A stretch of DNA of 64,000 nucleotides from Candidatus Latescibacterota bacterium (lineage in GTDB: Bacteria; Latescibacterota; UBA2968; GCA-2709665). Both the position numbers and the translations under genes were made by a program. This document shows positions 10,365-21,014 of this stretch, in pieces; the stretch's first letter is position 1; each line of letters starts with the position of its first letter. Below the pieces are notes generated by a model that worked only from the letters and a program-made list of their open reading frames with translations, was not told the origin of the DNA and did not search any database. The stretch spans positions 2,720,001 through 2,784,000 of the forward strand of contig OZ250150.1 in NCBI GenBank assembly GCA_965237675.1, read 5' to 3'.

Positions 10365-12638
10365 TTAAGCAGGCCTTTTGCAAACAGCTACAAACGTGTA
10401 AGGATTATCCCAGTCTTCGATTTTTCTGCCTACCACGACGCAACGAGAACGATCCTGAAAAGCGAATTGTGCTCCTGCCAATTGCTCGACAACCTCGAAA
10501 CGTCTTTCGGCGATCGCATCCGGATATACGTAGAATATTATGAACCCATCGCGGTGAGCAGGAGGAAGTACGACTAGCGAACAGATGTGTTTTGGGTCAC
10601 GATACGTCCTGGGTACTCGTTTACGCAGTTTCTCAATCTTCCGAAAAACCGTTCTTTGCTCCTTAAGATTGCCGATACGTAACAGATCGAGTGCCTTGGA
10701 AGTCCAACCCTCTCTATGCCTGCTCTGGATCTGGAGGACGATTTTCTCCAATGTGCGATGAATCTTCGGCCGTGGTTTTTTTACCTCCACGCCAGCATCA
10801 GCACTATTGAAGAAATGATCCACACGTTGCGATAATCCAGTGGTGATGAGCGGGCTGCTCTCAAGTTTCGATTCGTCGTAATTGAATCCAGTCTCTAAGT
10901 AAAGGCCAAGCAAGTCCATCTCATCGCCGATTAGTTCGATTTTCTTCTGGTTGCGTTCACGTTCGGCGAAATAATGCAGAAAGTAAACTGGTTCGCTTAG
11001 AATCTCGGCGACGCAGACAAGATCTGTAATGTTCAGTGTGGGAGCTAGCCTGAGCGCAGGGGGAACCCATCCCGCTGCTTTCAGTTCCCGTTCAGCGATC
11101 GCCATCATTGAGAAATCGTCAAGCGTCACCGAGATTCTTATGACCGTGTCTACCTTATCTGGTTCCAGGCCCAACGAGGAAATGGTGTCTACCGCGGCGG
11201 TCTCGCCTGACTTCGCTTGGCGGATCAACTGCTCTAGCCGTGCAGACTGCTCTGCTGGCTCCACAACAAGGTCGTGGACATGACGCTTAACACGCCCCGG
11301 TGCTCCGCGAAGACCTTGGACTGTTAGTGCTCCCGATTTCGCTTCGACGATTAGAGCGACTCGATCAACTTGGCCTACTAAGTCCGTCTCGTATCTTGTC
11401 CCTCTATAATTCCATTTTGCATTAAGGGTGAAATCTTCGGTCGGAAAAATGCGTTGAATGGTCTCCCTTATTTTGTTCTCAAGAAACCCAGCGCGTTGCT
11501 TGTGAAGCTTATCGTTTAGACCGGCTTGCTCAGCCAACCTGCGCATTAGGCTATGCATGTGACTGAGTGTAACCTGCGGCATCGTGAACAGGCATTTAGT
11601 ATTGAAGATTATCCCAGGCTTTGTCCAAATTGGGTTGTCAAGGAAAAATTCATCAACACGATCCTCAGCCAAATCGCCGGGGCGCATTGATATATTTTCA
11701 AGAACCCGCCGGACAACTTCAGACGAACGGCCGGAAGCTTGAGCGATTGAGTCGAAATCAAAAAGGAACAATCGAACAAGCTCAGTGTCGGCAAATGACA
11801 AAAGAGAGAATCTCACTTTGTCGAGATCAACATCCTTCGGCAGTGCAAGAAGAAACTCTTCTGGATCACTTTCAACCCCGATGAATTCGGCGAAATAACT
11901 TTCGACGAGTTTACGTACATTGCGCGATCGGAATACCCGTTTAATCTTTACCCACCTATTCGATGCACGCTCCTCTACAATACTCAAAATTGCTGCAACT
12001 ACTTCAATCAGATCCGTTGCGCTGAACCCGTAATAGCCGTGCAATCCCGAATCGAGAGGACTGTAGAGCTCGGTCGAGACATCGAACATCTGAGTCCGAT
12101 AGCCCCAATTTCGAACACATTGTGTATTTGCCCTTAAGCGCTCCTGAAGCGTCAGAATAGCATGTTGTTGTTCATCGCGTTCCTGTTCCAATGTGGACAA
12201 ACGCATAATTTGGAATGCATCTGCTAATTCGATTATTTCGTTGATAACGTGTTGAATGATATCAGGCGTTACCGGATTGCGGCCCCATTCATCCAGAGAC
12301 AATGTAAGCATTAAAGCCTGCAGCAACTCGACATGATGCTGTTGTATACCTATAATGCTTTGTTCCGATACGCCCGCGTCTGTGACCATGCGCTGTAATC
12401 CATAGTTCGCGAGAATCGCAATAATCTGTGGGGGCCCAAAGTCCCGAAAATGTCCAACCAGCGATTCGACAAGTTCAGGAAATTTATCCTCACATTCGCG
12501 AGCCTTTGAAAGGACATTCGCCTTCATCTCTTTTTGCTCGACATCAGAATATGAGTATTGCCAGATTCCAAAGCCGTCCGCAGATGGATTACTGTTTTTT
12601 GTCTTGCGTTTTCGTTTCGGTTTGCGTCTTCGTTTCAT
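10365..12638 (-). CDS. Large hypothetical protein with C-terminal NERD/PD-(D/E)xK-like nuclease motif
   Basis: 757-aa ORF; LE...ETDLVGQVDRVALIVEAKSG fits the E-D-ExK nuclease pattern. Confidence 0.7.
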   Translation of the reverse strand: MKRRRKPKRKRKTKNSNPSADGFGIWQYSYSDVEQKEMKANVLSKARECEDKFPELVESLVGHFRDFGPPQIIAILANYGLQRMVTDAGVSEQSIIGIQQHHVELLQALMLTLSLDEWGRNPVTPDIIQHVINEIIELADAFQIMRLSTLEQERDEQQHAILTLQERLRANTQCVRNWGYRTQMFDVSTELYSPLDSGLHGYYGFSATDLIEVVAAILSIVEERASNRWVKIKRVFRSRNVRKLVESYFAEFIGVESDPEEFLLALPKDVDLDKVRFSLLSFADTELVRLFLFDFDSIAQASGRSSEVVRRVLENISMRPGDLAEDRVDEFFLDNPIWTKPGIIFNTKCLFTMPQVTLSHMHSLMRRLAEQAGLNDKLHKQRAGFLENKIRETIQRIFPTEDFTLNAKWNYRGTRYETDLVGQVDRVALIVEAKSGALTVQGLRGAPGRVKRHVHDLVVEPAEQSARLEQLIRQAKSGETAAVDTISSLGLEPDKVDTVIRISVTLDDFSMMAIAERELKAAGWVPPALRLAPTLNITDLVCVAEILSEPVYFLHYFAERERNQKKIELIGDEMDLLGLYLETGFNYDESKLESSPLITTGLSQRVDHFFNSADAGVEVKKPRPKIHRTLEKIVLQIQSRHREGWTSKALDLLRIGNLKEQRTVFRKIEKLRKRVPRTYRDPKHICSLVVLPPAHRDGFIIFYVYPDAIAERRFEVVEQLAGAQFAFQDRSRCVVVGRKIEDWDNPYTFVAVCKRPA

Positions 12639-12795
12639 GTCGTTCGTAAGTTCGAGCGCTGGGGTTGATATTGAACGGCGGGTCCTAATGGATTCGCCGG
12701 ATCGTCATAGAGATCGTAAAGACCACTTGATACGGTAGCTAGATCAGAAAGCAGCTCGGCACAAAATGGTCAACTACTCACATCCGTTCCTTGGA

Positions 12796-14445
12796 TCATT
12801 TAATCCGTACATTACCGGATACAAGCTTCGGCAGCAGCGCATCCCGCTGATACGAGAGATTTCTAGAATTCGAATCGTTCGAACGGATACGTTCATCTAT
12901 AGATCGGATTCGCGTTTCGAAGACTTCAATCAACTTGGCTGTTGGCTGAAATACCCTCAAAGATTCAAACTGCTTCTTGTTAATGGCACCAAACACCGTG
13001 CCGGTGTGTTCGTACAGCTGTATTTCGTTCTGCAGAGCCCAGGCCGTGTAGAATGTGAATGAAGCTGAGCCAGAAATGTGCCGCAATGCCGCTACGCCAC
13101 GCCCGATGCAGCACTCCTCCCATGCCATGTTTATTGCTCCGACAGGCGCTCTAACGCTGACCATTGTATCATCGGCATATGCAATCCGAGTTGGGTGCGT
13201 ACAGTACCTCCTACGTTCGGGATAGCGGAAACTAAAATCGGCATTTCCCTGAAAAAATGGCAAACCTTTCCCGATTTCGTTATAGGTGCTGCCGGGAGGG
13301 GATTGTCCCATGGTCAGTTTGAAGCATTCTGCCAGCCGCTTCACCTCCCACCCCTCCGGTATCTCGCCAAGCTCCGATTCGACGAGGCGGTCGGGGAAGA
13401 GGTCGGCGATGTTTTCGTCCATTCTGTTCAGATATGCGCACGCGCGCTCCACTGTCCAATCGCTCGCCTCCGATAGGGGAGTCGTCAGCGCCGCCTTCGC
13501 ACGGACAGGGTCGAAGTCCACAAACCACGACTTAAACAGCGCACGAGCCATCTCCTCCAGCGTCTCGTTCACACGTCGGTTCAACTCGATCTTGTCGTCG
13601 AGTGTGCCGAGGATGTGGGCGATGGCGCGTTGTTCGGAGAGGGTCGGTAGTGAAAATCGAAATCTCTTAATCCTATCAGGCGACGTATGCTTTACGGTGG
13701 TTCCAGTCGCGCTTGCAAGCACCTCATGACGGTACTCTTCCGAGCACATGACATAGTAGATATATCTCGCGCAAATTTCACCAGGTGCTTTAGTAGAAAT
13801 CTTGCCGAGACGCTGGTTGTGAAGGTAACGACGACCTTGTGTTCGCGGTGGTACAAGTGCTGGATATCCAAGTGTGTCTGATTGTTTGCTGAGATCAGTC
13901 ATGGTTACGAGCAGATCACCTTCTTGGAGCACATATTCTTCAGGCACAGGCCCGTCGAAGTACTTAAATTTATCTCGTTTAAATCCCCCGCTGATGCCGA
14001 AATTTCCAGGTGTTAACAGTATGTCACCGTTGGGCTCATCACGGATAGAAGTACCCTTGAAAGCAAACCCATGCTTTATTTCGACAAGGTCGCCAATTGC
14101 GACCTCCCTCCACTCACCTCGAGTGGTATCCTTCGCCCCCTCCTGCAAAACCGTATATTTCCGCTCAATCTCCTGATGGAAGCTTTCTGGCAACCTCGCC
14201 CAATCGCGCCCCCGTACGAGGATAGGGATGTTCGATTTCTCAATGGCCTCCACGAGTCCAAAGAAGCCGTCGCCCAGAGGCTTCAGTTCGGAACCTCTCA
14301 CCACCAGATCCAGGTCGCTACCATCGTGACTCTCGCCTGTGACGTGGCTGCCGTATGCCCAGACCTCCGCGTCTGGCACATATTCATGCAAAAGCGCCTC
14401 AAGGATGCGCCTGTATCGCTGCGGCAGATGCAATCTGTCAGTCAT
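12796..14445 (-). CDS. hsdS: Type I RM specificity subunit fused to an N-terminal minimal nucleotidyltransferase domain
   Basis: N-terminal VWAYGS...SDLDLVV (MNT); LPTLSEQRAIAHILGTLDDKIELN, FKSWFVDF, GEIPEGW, RDALLPKLVSG. Confidence 0.93.
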   Translation of the reverse strand: MTDRLHLPQRYRRILEALLHEYVPDAEVWAYGSHVTGESHDGSDLDLVVRGSELKPLGDGFFGLVEAIEKSNIPILVRGRDWARLPESFHQEIERKYTVLQEGAKDTTRGEWREVAIGDLVEIKHGFAFKGTSIRDEPNGDILLTPGNFGISGGFKRDKFKYFDGPVPEEYVLQEGDLLVTMTDLSKQSDTLGYPALVPPRTQGRRYLHNQRLGKISTKAPGEICARYIYYVMCSEEYRHEVLASATGTTVKHTSPDRIKRFRFSLPTLSEQRAIAHILGTLDDKIELNRRVNETLEEMARALFKSWFVDFDPVRAKAALTTPLSEASDWTVERACAYLNRMDENIADLFPDRLVESELGEIPEGWEVKRLAECFKLTMGQSPPGSTYNEIGKGLPFFQGNADFSFRYPERRRYCTHPTRIAYADDTMVSVRAPVGAINMAWEECCIGRGVAALRHISGSASFTFYTAWALQNEIQLYEHTGTVFGAINKKQFESLRVFQPTAKLIEVFETRIRSIDERIRSNDSNSRNLSYQRDALLPKLVSGNVRIK

Positions 14446-14453
14446 CGGCGCTC

Positions 14454-14816
14454 TCAGCTATGATTTTTGTCAACTCCCTGTCGTCCGTCCGTGCTCCGGA
14501 ACAACCCTCTCCCCTTGGGAGAGGGTGGCGCGAATCTTGTTGCTGCGCATCGCTTCGGTTCGTCTGTCCGGCAGTCAGACCCTCTCCCAGTGGGAGAGGG
14601 TGGCGCGAAGCGCCGGGTGAGGGTATGCTCCGTAGCCCGGCGCTCCCGTTCGGGTTCGCCGTCCTCACGCATACTTTCGATATGGAATTCGATGGCCTCC
14701 CGGATCTCTTCCAGCAGCGCCTCCCGGGTGTCAGCTGTGGCGACGCAACCGGGCAGGTCGGGCACATAGGCCGCGAAGTTATCGGGGGTCCTTTCGATTG
14801 CGACGGTGTATTTCAT
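14454..14816 (-). CDS. HicB-like antitoxin with repeat-derived C-terminal extension
   Basis: YTVAIERTPDNFAAYVPDLPGCVATADTRE...EAIEFHIESMREDGEP; the tail reads through a palindromic repeat doublet. Confidence 0.75.
   Translation of the reverse strand: MKYTVAIERTPDNFAAYVPDLPGCVATADTREALLEEIREAIEFHIESMREDGEPERERRATEHTLTRRFAPPSPTGRGSDCRTDEPKRCAATRFAPPSPKGRGLFRSTDGRQGVDKNHS
14504..14623 (+). repeat. Doublet of CCCTCTCCC-n3-GGGAGAGGG hairpin repeat, 75-bp period
   Basis: Units start at 14504 and 14579; ends GCGCGAAGCGCCGGGTGAGGG. Confidence 0.9.
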
Positions 14817-14885
14817 GGGTCGAATTCCTCGTTAAGGCCCGATTGTTTCAAAATGCGCTTCGACGTGCACGGAGGCAATTAACGG
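14813..14885 (-). pseudogene. C-terminal remnant of HicA
   Basis: Manual translation LPPCTSKRILKQSGLNEEFDP*, overlapping the hicB start; resembles the HicA end (PGTL..ILKQAGL). Confidence 0.55.
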
Positions 14886-14926
14886 TTCCGAAACCACCCG
14901 CCGGGAAATTATCGAAATCGGCGACC

Positions 14927-15550
14927 CTAAGACTCCTCTCGCTTAAAAGTCTCGCAAAGTTTCTGGTAAATATCTCTATCCATTCCCGGGCAGTTGGCAA
15001 ACAAGCCGTCAGGGGTCATTTCCCCAATGCGAATCTTGTACTCTCTTCGGTTGCGATTGACAGCTTCAGCCATTTCGGGCATTAGCGGCTCGACGAGTTT
15101 CTCCGCTGTAGCATACGGTCCTTCATGACACGCCGCGTCAGGCACGCGATCATTCTGGAACCACGTAGCGAGGCCCTCTTCGAGCACGTTAGTAGTACGC
15201 CCCTCGATTTTCGGACACCATGGGTCGATCAGGTGGACGCACTCGTGCGCAAGTCGCCACCTCGCGCAGACCGGGTCGTTAAGCGCATTCGGGCCCAGCC
15301 GGATAATAATGTGCTTCGACCTCTTTTCCACATCACCGGGTGCAATGCCGCTGTCTGGAAACCAGACGCGTGGCGAATTGCCCGGAGTTCTGTCTATGTC
15401 GATACCAACCAAGGTAAACGAACGGTCTCGCGGCCCGAACAAGTGTTCAATGTCAGCCAGGAATTGACTGGCCCACTCCGTCAGTGTCATTGGGCTATGG
15501 CTGCCGTCGTTCCGGTACTTGGTAACAAATAGTGATTCGATGACACTCAT
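14927..15550 (-). CDS. Hypothetical HExxH zinc-metallopeptidase-like protein
   Basis: LAHECVHL...EEGLATWF gluzincin-like motif. Confidence 0.65.
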   Translation of the reverse strand: MSVIESLFVTKYRNDGSHSPMTLTEWASQFLADIEHLFGPRDRSFTLVGIDIDRTPGNSPRVWFPDSGIAPGDVEKRSKHIIIRLGPNALNDPVCARWRLAHECVHLIDPWCPKIEGRTTNVLEEGLATWFQNDRVPDAACHEGPYATAEKLVEPLMPEMAEAVNRNRREYKIRIGEMTPDGLFANCPGMDRDIYQKLCETFKREES

Positions 15551-15555
15551 AGGCT

Positions 15556-17880
15556 TTATCCAAATCCCAGCCTTGCCAGGTTTTCTTCAATTTCAGAGTC
15601 TAGCCGCCGTGCCTCCGCCTGCTGTTCTCGCCACTGGGCCGTGAGCCGGGCCATTTTCTCTTCGAAAGGCTCCCCATCGTCCTCCTGAGGCTCCGCGCCG
15701 ACGTAGCGGCCGGGCGTGAGGACGTGGCCGTGTTTACGTATCTCTTCCAGGGAAGCGCTTTTGCAGAAGCCGGGTATGTCGCGGTAAACCGCGACACCCT
15801 CACCCTGGCCCTCTCCCAGAGGGAGAGGGGAGTCAACGGATCTGCCGCGCCAGGCATGGTAGGTGTCCGCGACCCTGGCGATGTCCTCCGGCGAGAGGTC
15901 GCGTCGCGTGCGGTCGATCATATGACCCAGCTTCCGGGCATCGATGAACAGAACTTCACCCGCTTGGTCGCGAATCCTCACCCCTTCCCCTCTCCCGGCG
16001 GGAGAGGGGTTTAGGGCGTCTGCGATTTCGTTCAGGGCTTCCTGGGTGTGCTGCAGCAAGTGTTGGTTTTTAATTCGGACGACGGTCATCCCCAAAGATT
16101 CCAGATAAGCGTCGCGGTTCCTGTCCATCGTACGTCGCTCATCGGAGTCGTGGACCGATCCATCCAATTCCACGACCAACCGCTTCTCGTCGCAGTAAAA
16201 GTCAACGATATAGTTGCCGATCTGATGTTGGCGTCGGAATTTGAGGCCAAGGAATTGTCGGTCCCGGAACAACTCCCATGCGAAAGCTTCCGCAGGAGTC
16301 GCCTTTTCCCTCATCTCTCGCGCCCGTTCCAGCAACCCGGAAAACTCCAGCCCACCTCTGTAATGACCCTCTCCCTGTGGGAGAGGGTGGCGCGAAGGTT
16401 GTTGATGGGTGCCGCTGCCGATCCCCTCCGCCGCACAACGACCCTCTCCCTGTGGGAGAGGGTGGCGCGAAGGTGTCTGATGGGTGCCGCTGCCGGTCCC
16501 CTCCGCCGCACAACGACCCTCTCCCCCTGGGAGAGGGTGGCGCGAAGGTGTCTGATGGGAGCCGCTGCCGGTCCCCTCCGCCGCACAACGACCCTCTCCC
16601 TGTGGGAGAGGGTGGCGCGAAGCGCCGGGTGAGGGTTTCATGCCCCTGTCGCGGGAAATGAACCAGAGACAGGCGGGTATCTGTGTCGATCGGAACAGTT
16701 GGCCGGGCAGGGCGACGATGCAGTCCACCAGGTTGGCTTCGATGATGTTCTTTCGTATTTCCCCCTCGTTGGACTGGTTCGACGACATCGAGCCATTGGC
16801 CAGGACAAAGCCGGCGGTGCCTCGTGGCGCGAGATGATGCACGAAGTGTTGCACCCAGGCGAAATTCGCATTCCCTACCGGTGGGACGCCGAATTCCCAT
16901 CGCTTGTCGTCCCGCAGACGTTCGCCGCCCCAGTCGGAGACGTTGAAGGGAGGATTGGCGAGAATGTAGTCCGCTTTCAGGTCGGGGTGCCGGTCATTGT
17001 GGAAGCTGTCGCCGTGAGCGATCTGACCCTCAATGCCACGTATCGCCAGGTTCATCTGCGCCATACGCCAGGTGGTGTAGTTGGACTCCTGGCCGTATAT
17101 GGAGATTTTCTCCCTGGCGCTACCCCCGCCTGCCTGTCCCTCACCCGGCGCGAAAGCGCCGGGTGAGGGTATACCGCTGGTGTGAGCGTCAATGAATTCC
17201 ATTGACTGGACGAACATTCCGGACGAGCCGCAGCATGGGTCGTAAACCCTCCCCTCGTAAGGTTTCAACATCTCTACCAGGAGCCGCACGATGCTGCGTG
17301 GGGTGTAGAACTCGCCGCCTTTCCGTCCCTCTGCAAGTGCGAACTGCCCGAGGAAGTACTCGTAGATGCTGCCGAGCACGTCCGTGGCGCGTGCCTCGGC
17401 GCCGCCCACCTTGATGTTACTGACCATGTCGACCACTTGGCCGAGGCGGGTTTTGTCGAGTGCGGGGCGGGCGTAGTCCTTTGGCAACACGTCTTTGAGC
17501 GCGGGATTGTCGCGCTCGATGGCGGTCATCGCATCGTCCACCGTCCGACCAATGGTGGGCTGGTGTGCCTGTGATTGAAGTTTCGGCCATCTTGCCTCGG
17601 GGGGCACCCAGAAGATGCTCTTTGCGCGGTACTCGTCCGGGTCTTCCGGATCCGCGCCTTCAGCGACTTCATCCACCAGCTTCGCATGGGCCTCCTCGAA
17701 CGCGTCCGAGATGTACTTGAGGAAGATCAGACCGAGAACGACGTGTTTGTATTCAGCAGCATCCATGCTGCCGCGCAGCGCGTCGGCCATCCCCCATAGT
17801 TCAGTTCGAAAATCCGCAGCGCCGCTGTTTTGACTCGATTCGGTCTCCGTTGTGGATTTTCTGCGTCTACCTTTGGCCAT
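15556..17880 (-). CDS. hsdM: Type I RM methyltransferase with in-frame DUF559 endonuclease insertion
   Basis: [47 protein letters not shown]; insert [17 protein letters not shown]...VVELDGSVH...D..RD.YL..LG..V.R. Confidence 0.95.
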   Translation of the reverse strand: MAKGRRRKSTTETESSQNSGAADFRTELWGMADALRGSMDAAEYKHVVLGLIFLKYISDAFEEAHAKLVDEVAEGADPEDPDEYRAKSIFWVPPEARWPKLQSQAHQPTIGRTVDDAMTAIERDNPALKDVLPKDYARPALDKTRLGQVVDMVSNIKVGGAEARATDVLGSIYEYFLGQFALAEGRKGGEFYTPRSIVRLLVEMLKPYEGRVYDPCCGSSGMFVQSMEFIDAHTSGIPSPGAFAPGEGQAGGGSAREKISIYGQESNYTTWRMAQMNLAIRGIEGQIAHGDSFHNDRHPDLKADYILANPPFNVSDWGGERLRDDKRWEFGVPPVGNANFAWVQHFVHHLAPRGTAGFVLANGSMSSNQSNEGEIRKNIIEANLVDCIVALPGQLFRSTQIPACLWFISRDRGMKPSPGASRHPLPQGEGRCAAEGTGSGSHQTPSRHPLPGGEGRCAAEGTGSGTHQTPSRHPLPQGEGRCAAEGIGSGTHQQPSRHPLPQGEGHYRGGLEFSGLLERAREMREKATPAEAFAWELFRDRQFLGLKFRRQHQIGNYIVDFYCDEKRLVVELDGSVHDSDERRTMDRNRDAYLESLGMTVVRIKNQHLLQHTQEALNEIADALNPSPAGRGEGVRIRDQAGEVLFIDARKLGHMIDRTRRDLSPEDIARVADTYHAWRGRSVDSPLPLGEGQGEGVAVYRDIPGFCKSASLEEIRKHGHVLTPGRYVGAEPQEDDGEPFEEKMARLTAQWREQQAEARRLDSEIEENLARLGFG
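15976..16635 (-). mobile_element. Putative DUF559 (Vsr-like nuclease)/palindrome module inserted in frame in hsdM
   Basis: Bounded by inverted CCTCACCC (15976) and GGGTGAGGG (16627-16635); contains hairpin repeats and DUF559 (~16012-16365); interrupts hsdM between WFISRDR and [14 protein letters not shown]. Confidence 0.7.
16365..16635 (+). repeat. Tandem array, 75-bp period, 4 hairpin copies
   Basis: GACCCTCTCCC-n3-GGGAGAGGGTGGCGCGAAG starts at 16365, 16440, 16515, 16590; encodes 25-aa repeat [25 protein letters not shown]. Confidence 0.95.
17138..17169. repeat. Perfect hairpin CCCTCACCCGGCGC-GAAA-GCGCCGGGTGAGGG inside hsdM
   Basis: 14-bp stem; translated in frame as [11 protein letters not shown]. 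Confidence 0.85.
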
Positions 17881-17961
17881 CGTGTATTGCTCCCGTGTTT
17901 TCCGCTCCAAAGCTGACTTAACGTACACCTTTAAAGTATACTACGCTGGTTTGTCAGTCAA

Positions 17962-17991
17962 CGCAAAATGCGACAACTGTCGCATTTTGCG
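17962..17991. promoter_or_regulatory. Perfect 14-bp inverted repeat upstream of hsdM (candidate operator)
   Basis: CGCAAAATGCGACA-AC-TGTCGCATTTTGCG, adjacent to a minus-strand TTGACT. Confidence 0.45.
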
Positions 17992-18067
17992 ACACCGGGC
18001 GGCTGCACGAGTTGCTATCGACATCGAGGGCGAACATCGTGCCGGACGGCCACCACGTGCTTTGCTC
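17976..18067 (+). repeat. Diverged 92-bp direct repeat, right copy (partner at 3866-3957)
   Basis: See left copy; both are followed by an ACTCCCCCTyrAGGGGGA hairpin. Confidence 0.7.
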
Positions 18068-18412
18068 TAAACTATACCCCCCACCGGCACGCCTGCGGGC
18101 TGGCGCCCTTGCCTTGCCAACTCCCCCTCAAGGGGGAGTGTTGCGAGATGTCCTGGCGCGGTCGGTAGCCTGGTTTGAAAGGCGGGACGCCGTTAAAAGG
18201 GCCGATTACTCGATTCTTGGTAAAGTCGAAGTCTTACTTGAACGCTTGGATCTGACGGAAACCAGGGCTTTATCTCTCGGTTTGAAATATGCGAGCAGAC
18301 AGGAATGTCCGCTCCACCCTTTCAAGCTCTGGTTCGACGTATCGCGCGGAGCGCGGGAATCTGTCGATCGGTTCCCCCACCGGCGCACTTAGCTTGCCTG
18401 ACCTGCAGTCAG

Positions 18413-18532
18413 ACCCTCTACCCTTGGGAGAGGGTGACATTTAGCTTGATGCTGCGCATCGCTTGGGTTCGTCTGTCCCGCAGCCAGACCCTCTCCCTCT
18501 GGGAGAGGGTGGCGCGAAGCGCCGGGTGAGGG
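18413..18532 (+). repeat. Doublet of CCCTCTCCC/GGGAGAGGG hairpin repeat, 75-bp period, intergenic
   Basis: Units start at 18413 and 18488; spacer similar to the 14504 doublet; ends GCGCGAAGCGCCGGGTGAGGG. Confidence 0.88.
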
Positions 18533-18608
18533 CGCCCTTTCCATTACACGATGTAAATATAAACCAAACAGGCCCGCGTGACGTCACGCAAGCCTGTCTC
18601 TGAATTCA

Positions 18609-18684
18609 TGGTGGAGCTGATCGGGATCGAACCGACGACCTCATGACTGCCAGTCATGCGCTCTCCCAGCTGAGCTACAGCCCC
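18609..18684 (-). tRNA. tRNA-Ala (GGC)
   Basis: GGGGCTGTAGCTCAGCTGGGAGAGCGCATGACTGGCAGTCATGAGGTCGTCGGTTCGATCCCGATCAGCTCCACCA; cloverleaf, anticodon GGC, encoded CCA. Confidence 0.97.
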
Positions 18685-18837
18685 ACCTCTGGGCAATGTG
18701 GAGGTAGTGTAACAAAGCGACCGTTTTCTGTCAAGCGAAAAGGCTGGCGTCGGGCCCTTCGGGCCGAGGGATTTCGAGCCGTTGAACGTGCACTTGTCCG
18801 GGCGAGCGCACGTTCTGTAGGACACTTCCCAGAGTCG

Positions 18838-20925
<2,088 letters not shown>

Positions 20926-21014
20926 TTAAGTTAATATAATTAATGAGTTGTGTCAATTTCAAAGGCCCGCATGGGGTTTTTGGCCCATTGACGGGGACCT
21001 CCTCCGGCGAAAGA

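Noticed and set aside
12796-14445. Phase-variable hsdS shufflon
   Set aside because: There is only one hsdS, with no silent TRD copies, inverted repeats or recombinase visible.
16365-16635. CRISPR array
   Set aside because: The spacers are near-identical to each other, the array lies in frame within hsdM, and no cas genes are present.
15976-16635. Intein in HsdM
   Set aside because: No N-terminal C/S splice block or C-terminal HN-C/S/T motif is recognisable at the junctions.
18012-18392. 126-aa ORF between hsdM and the tRNA
   Set aside because: It is partly made of repeats, has no clear RBS and shows no recognisable domain.
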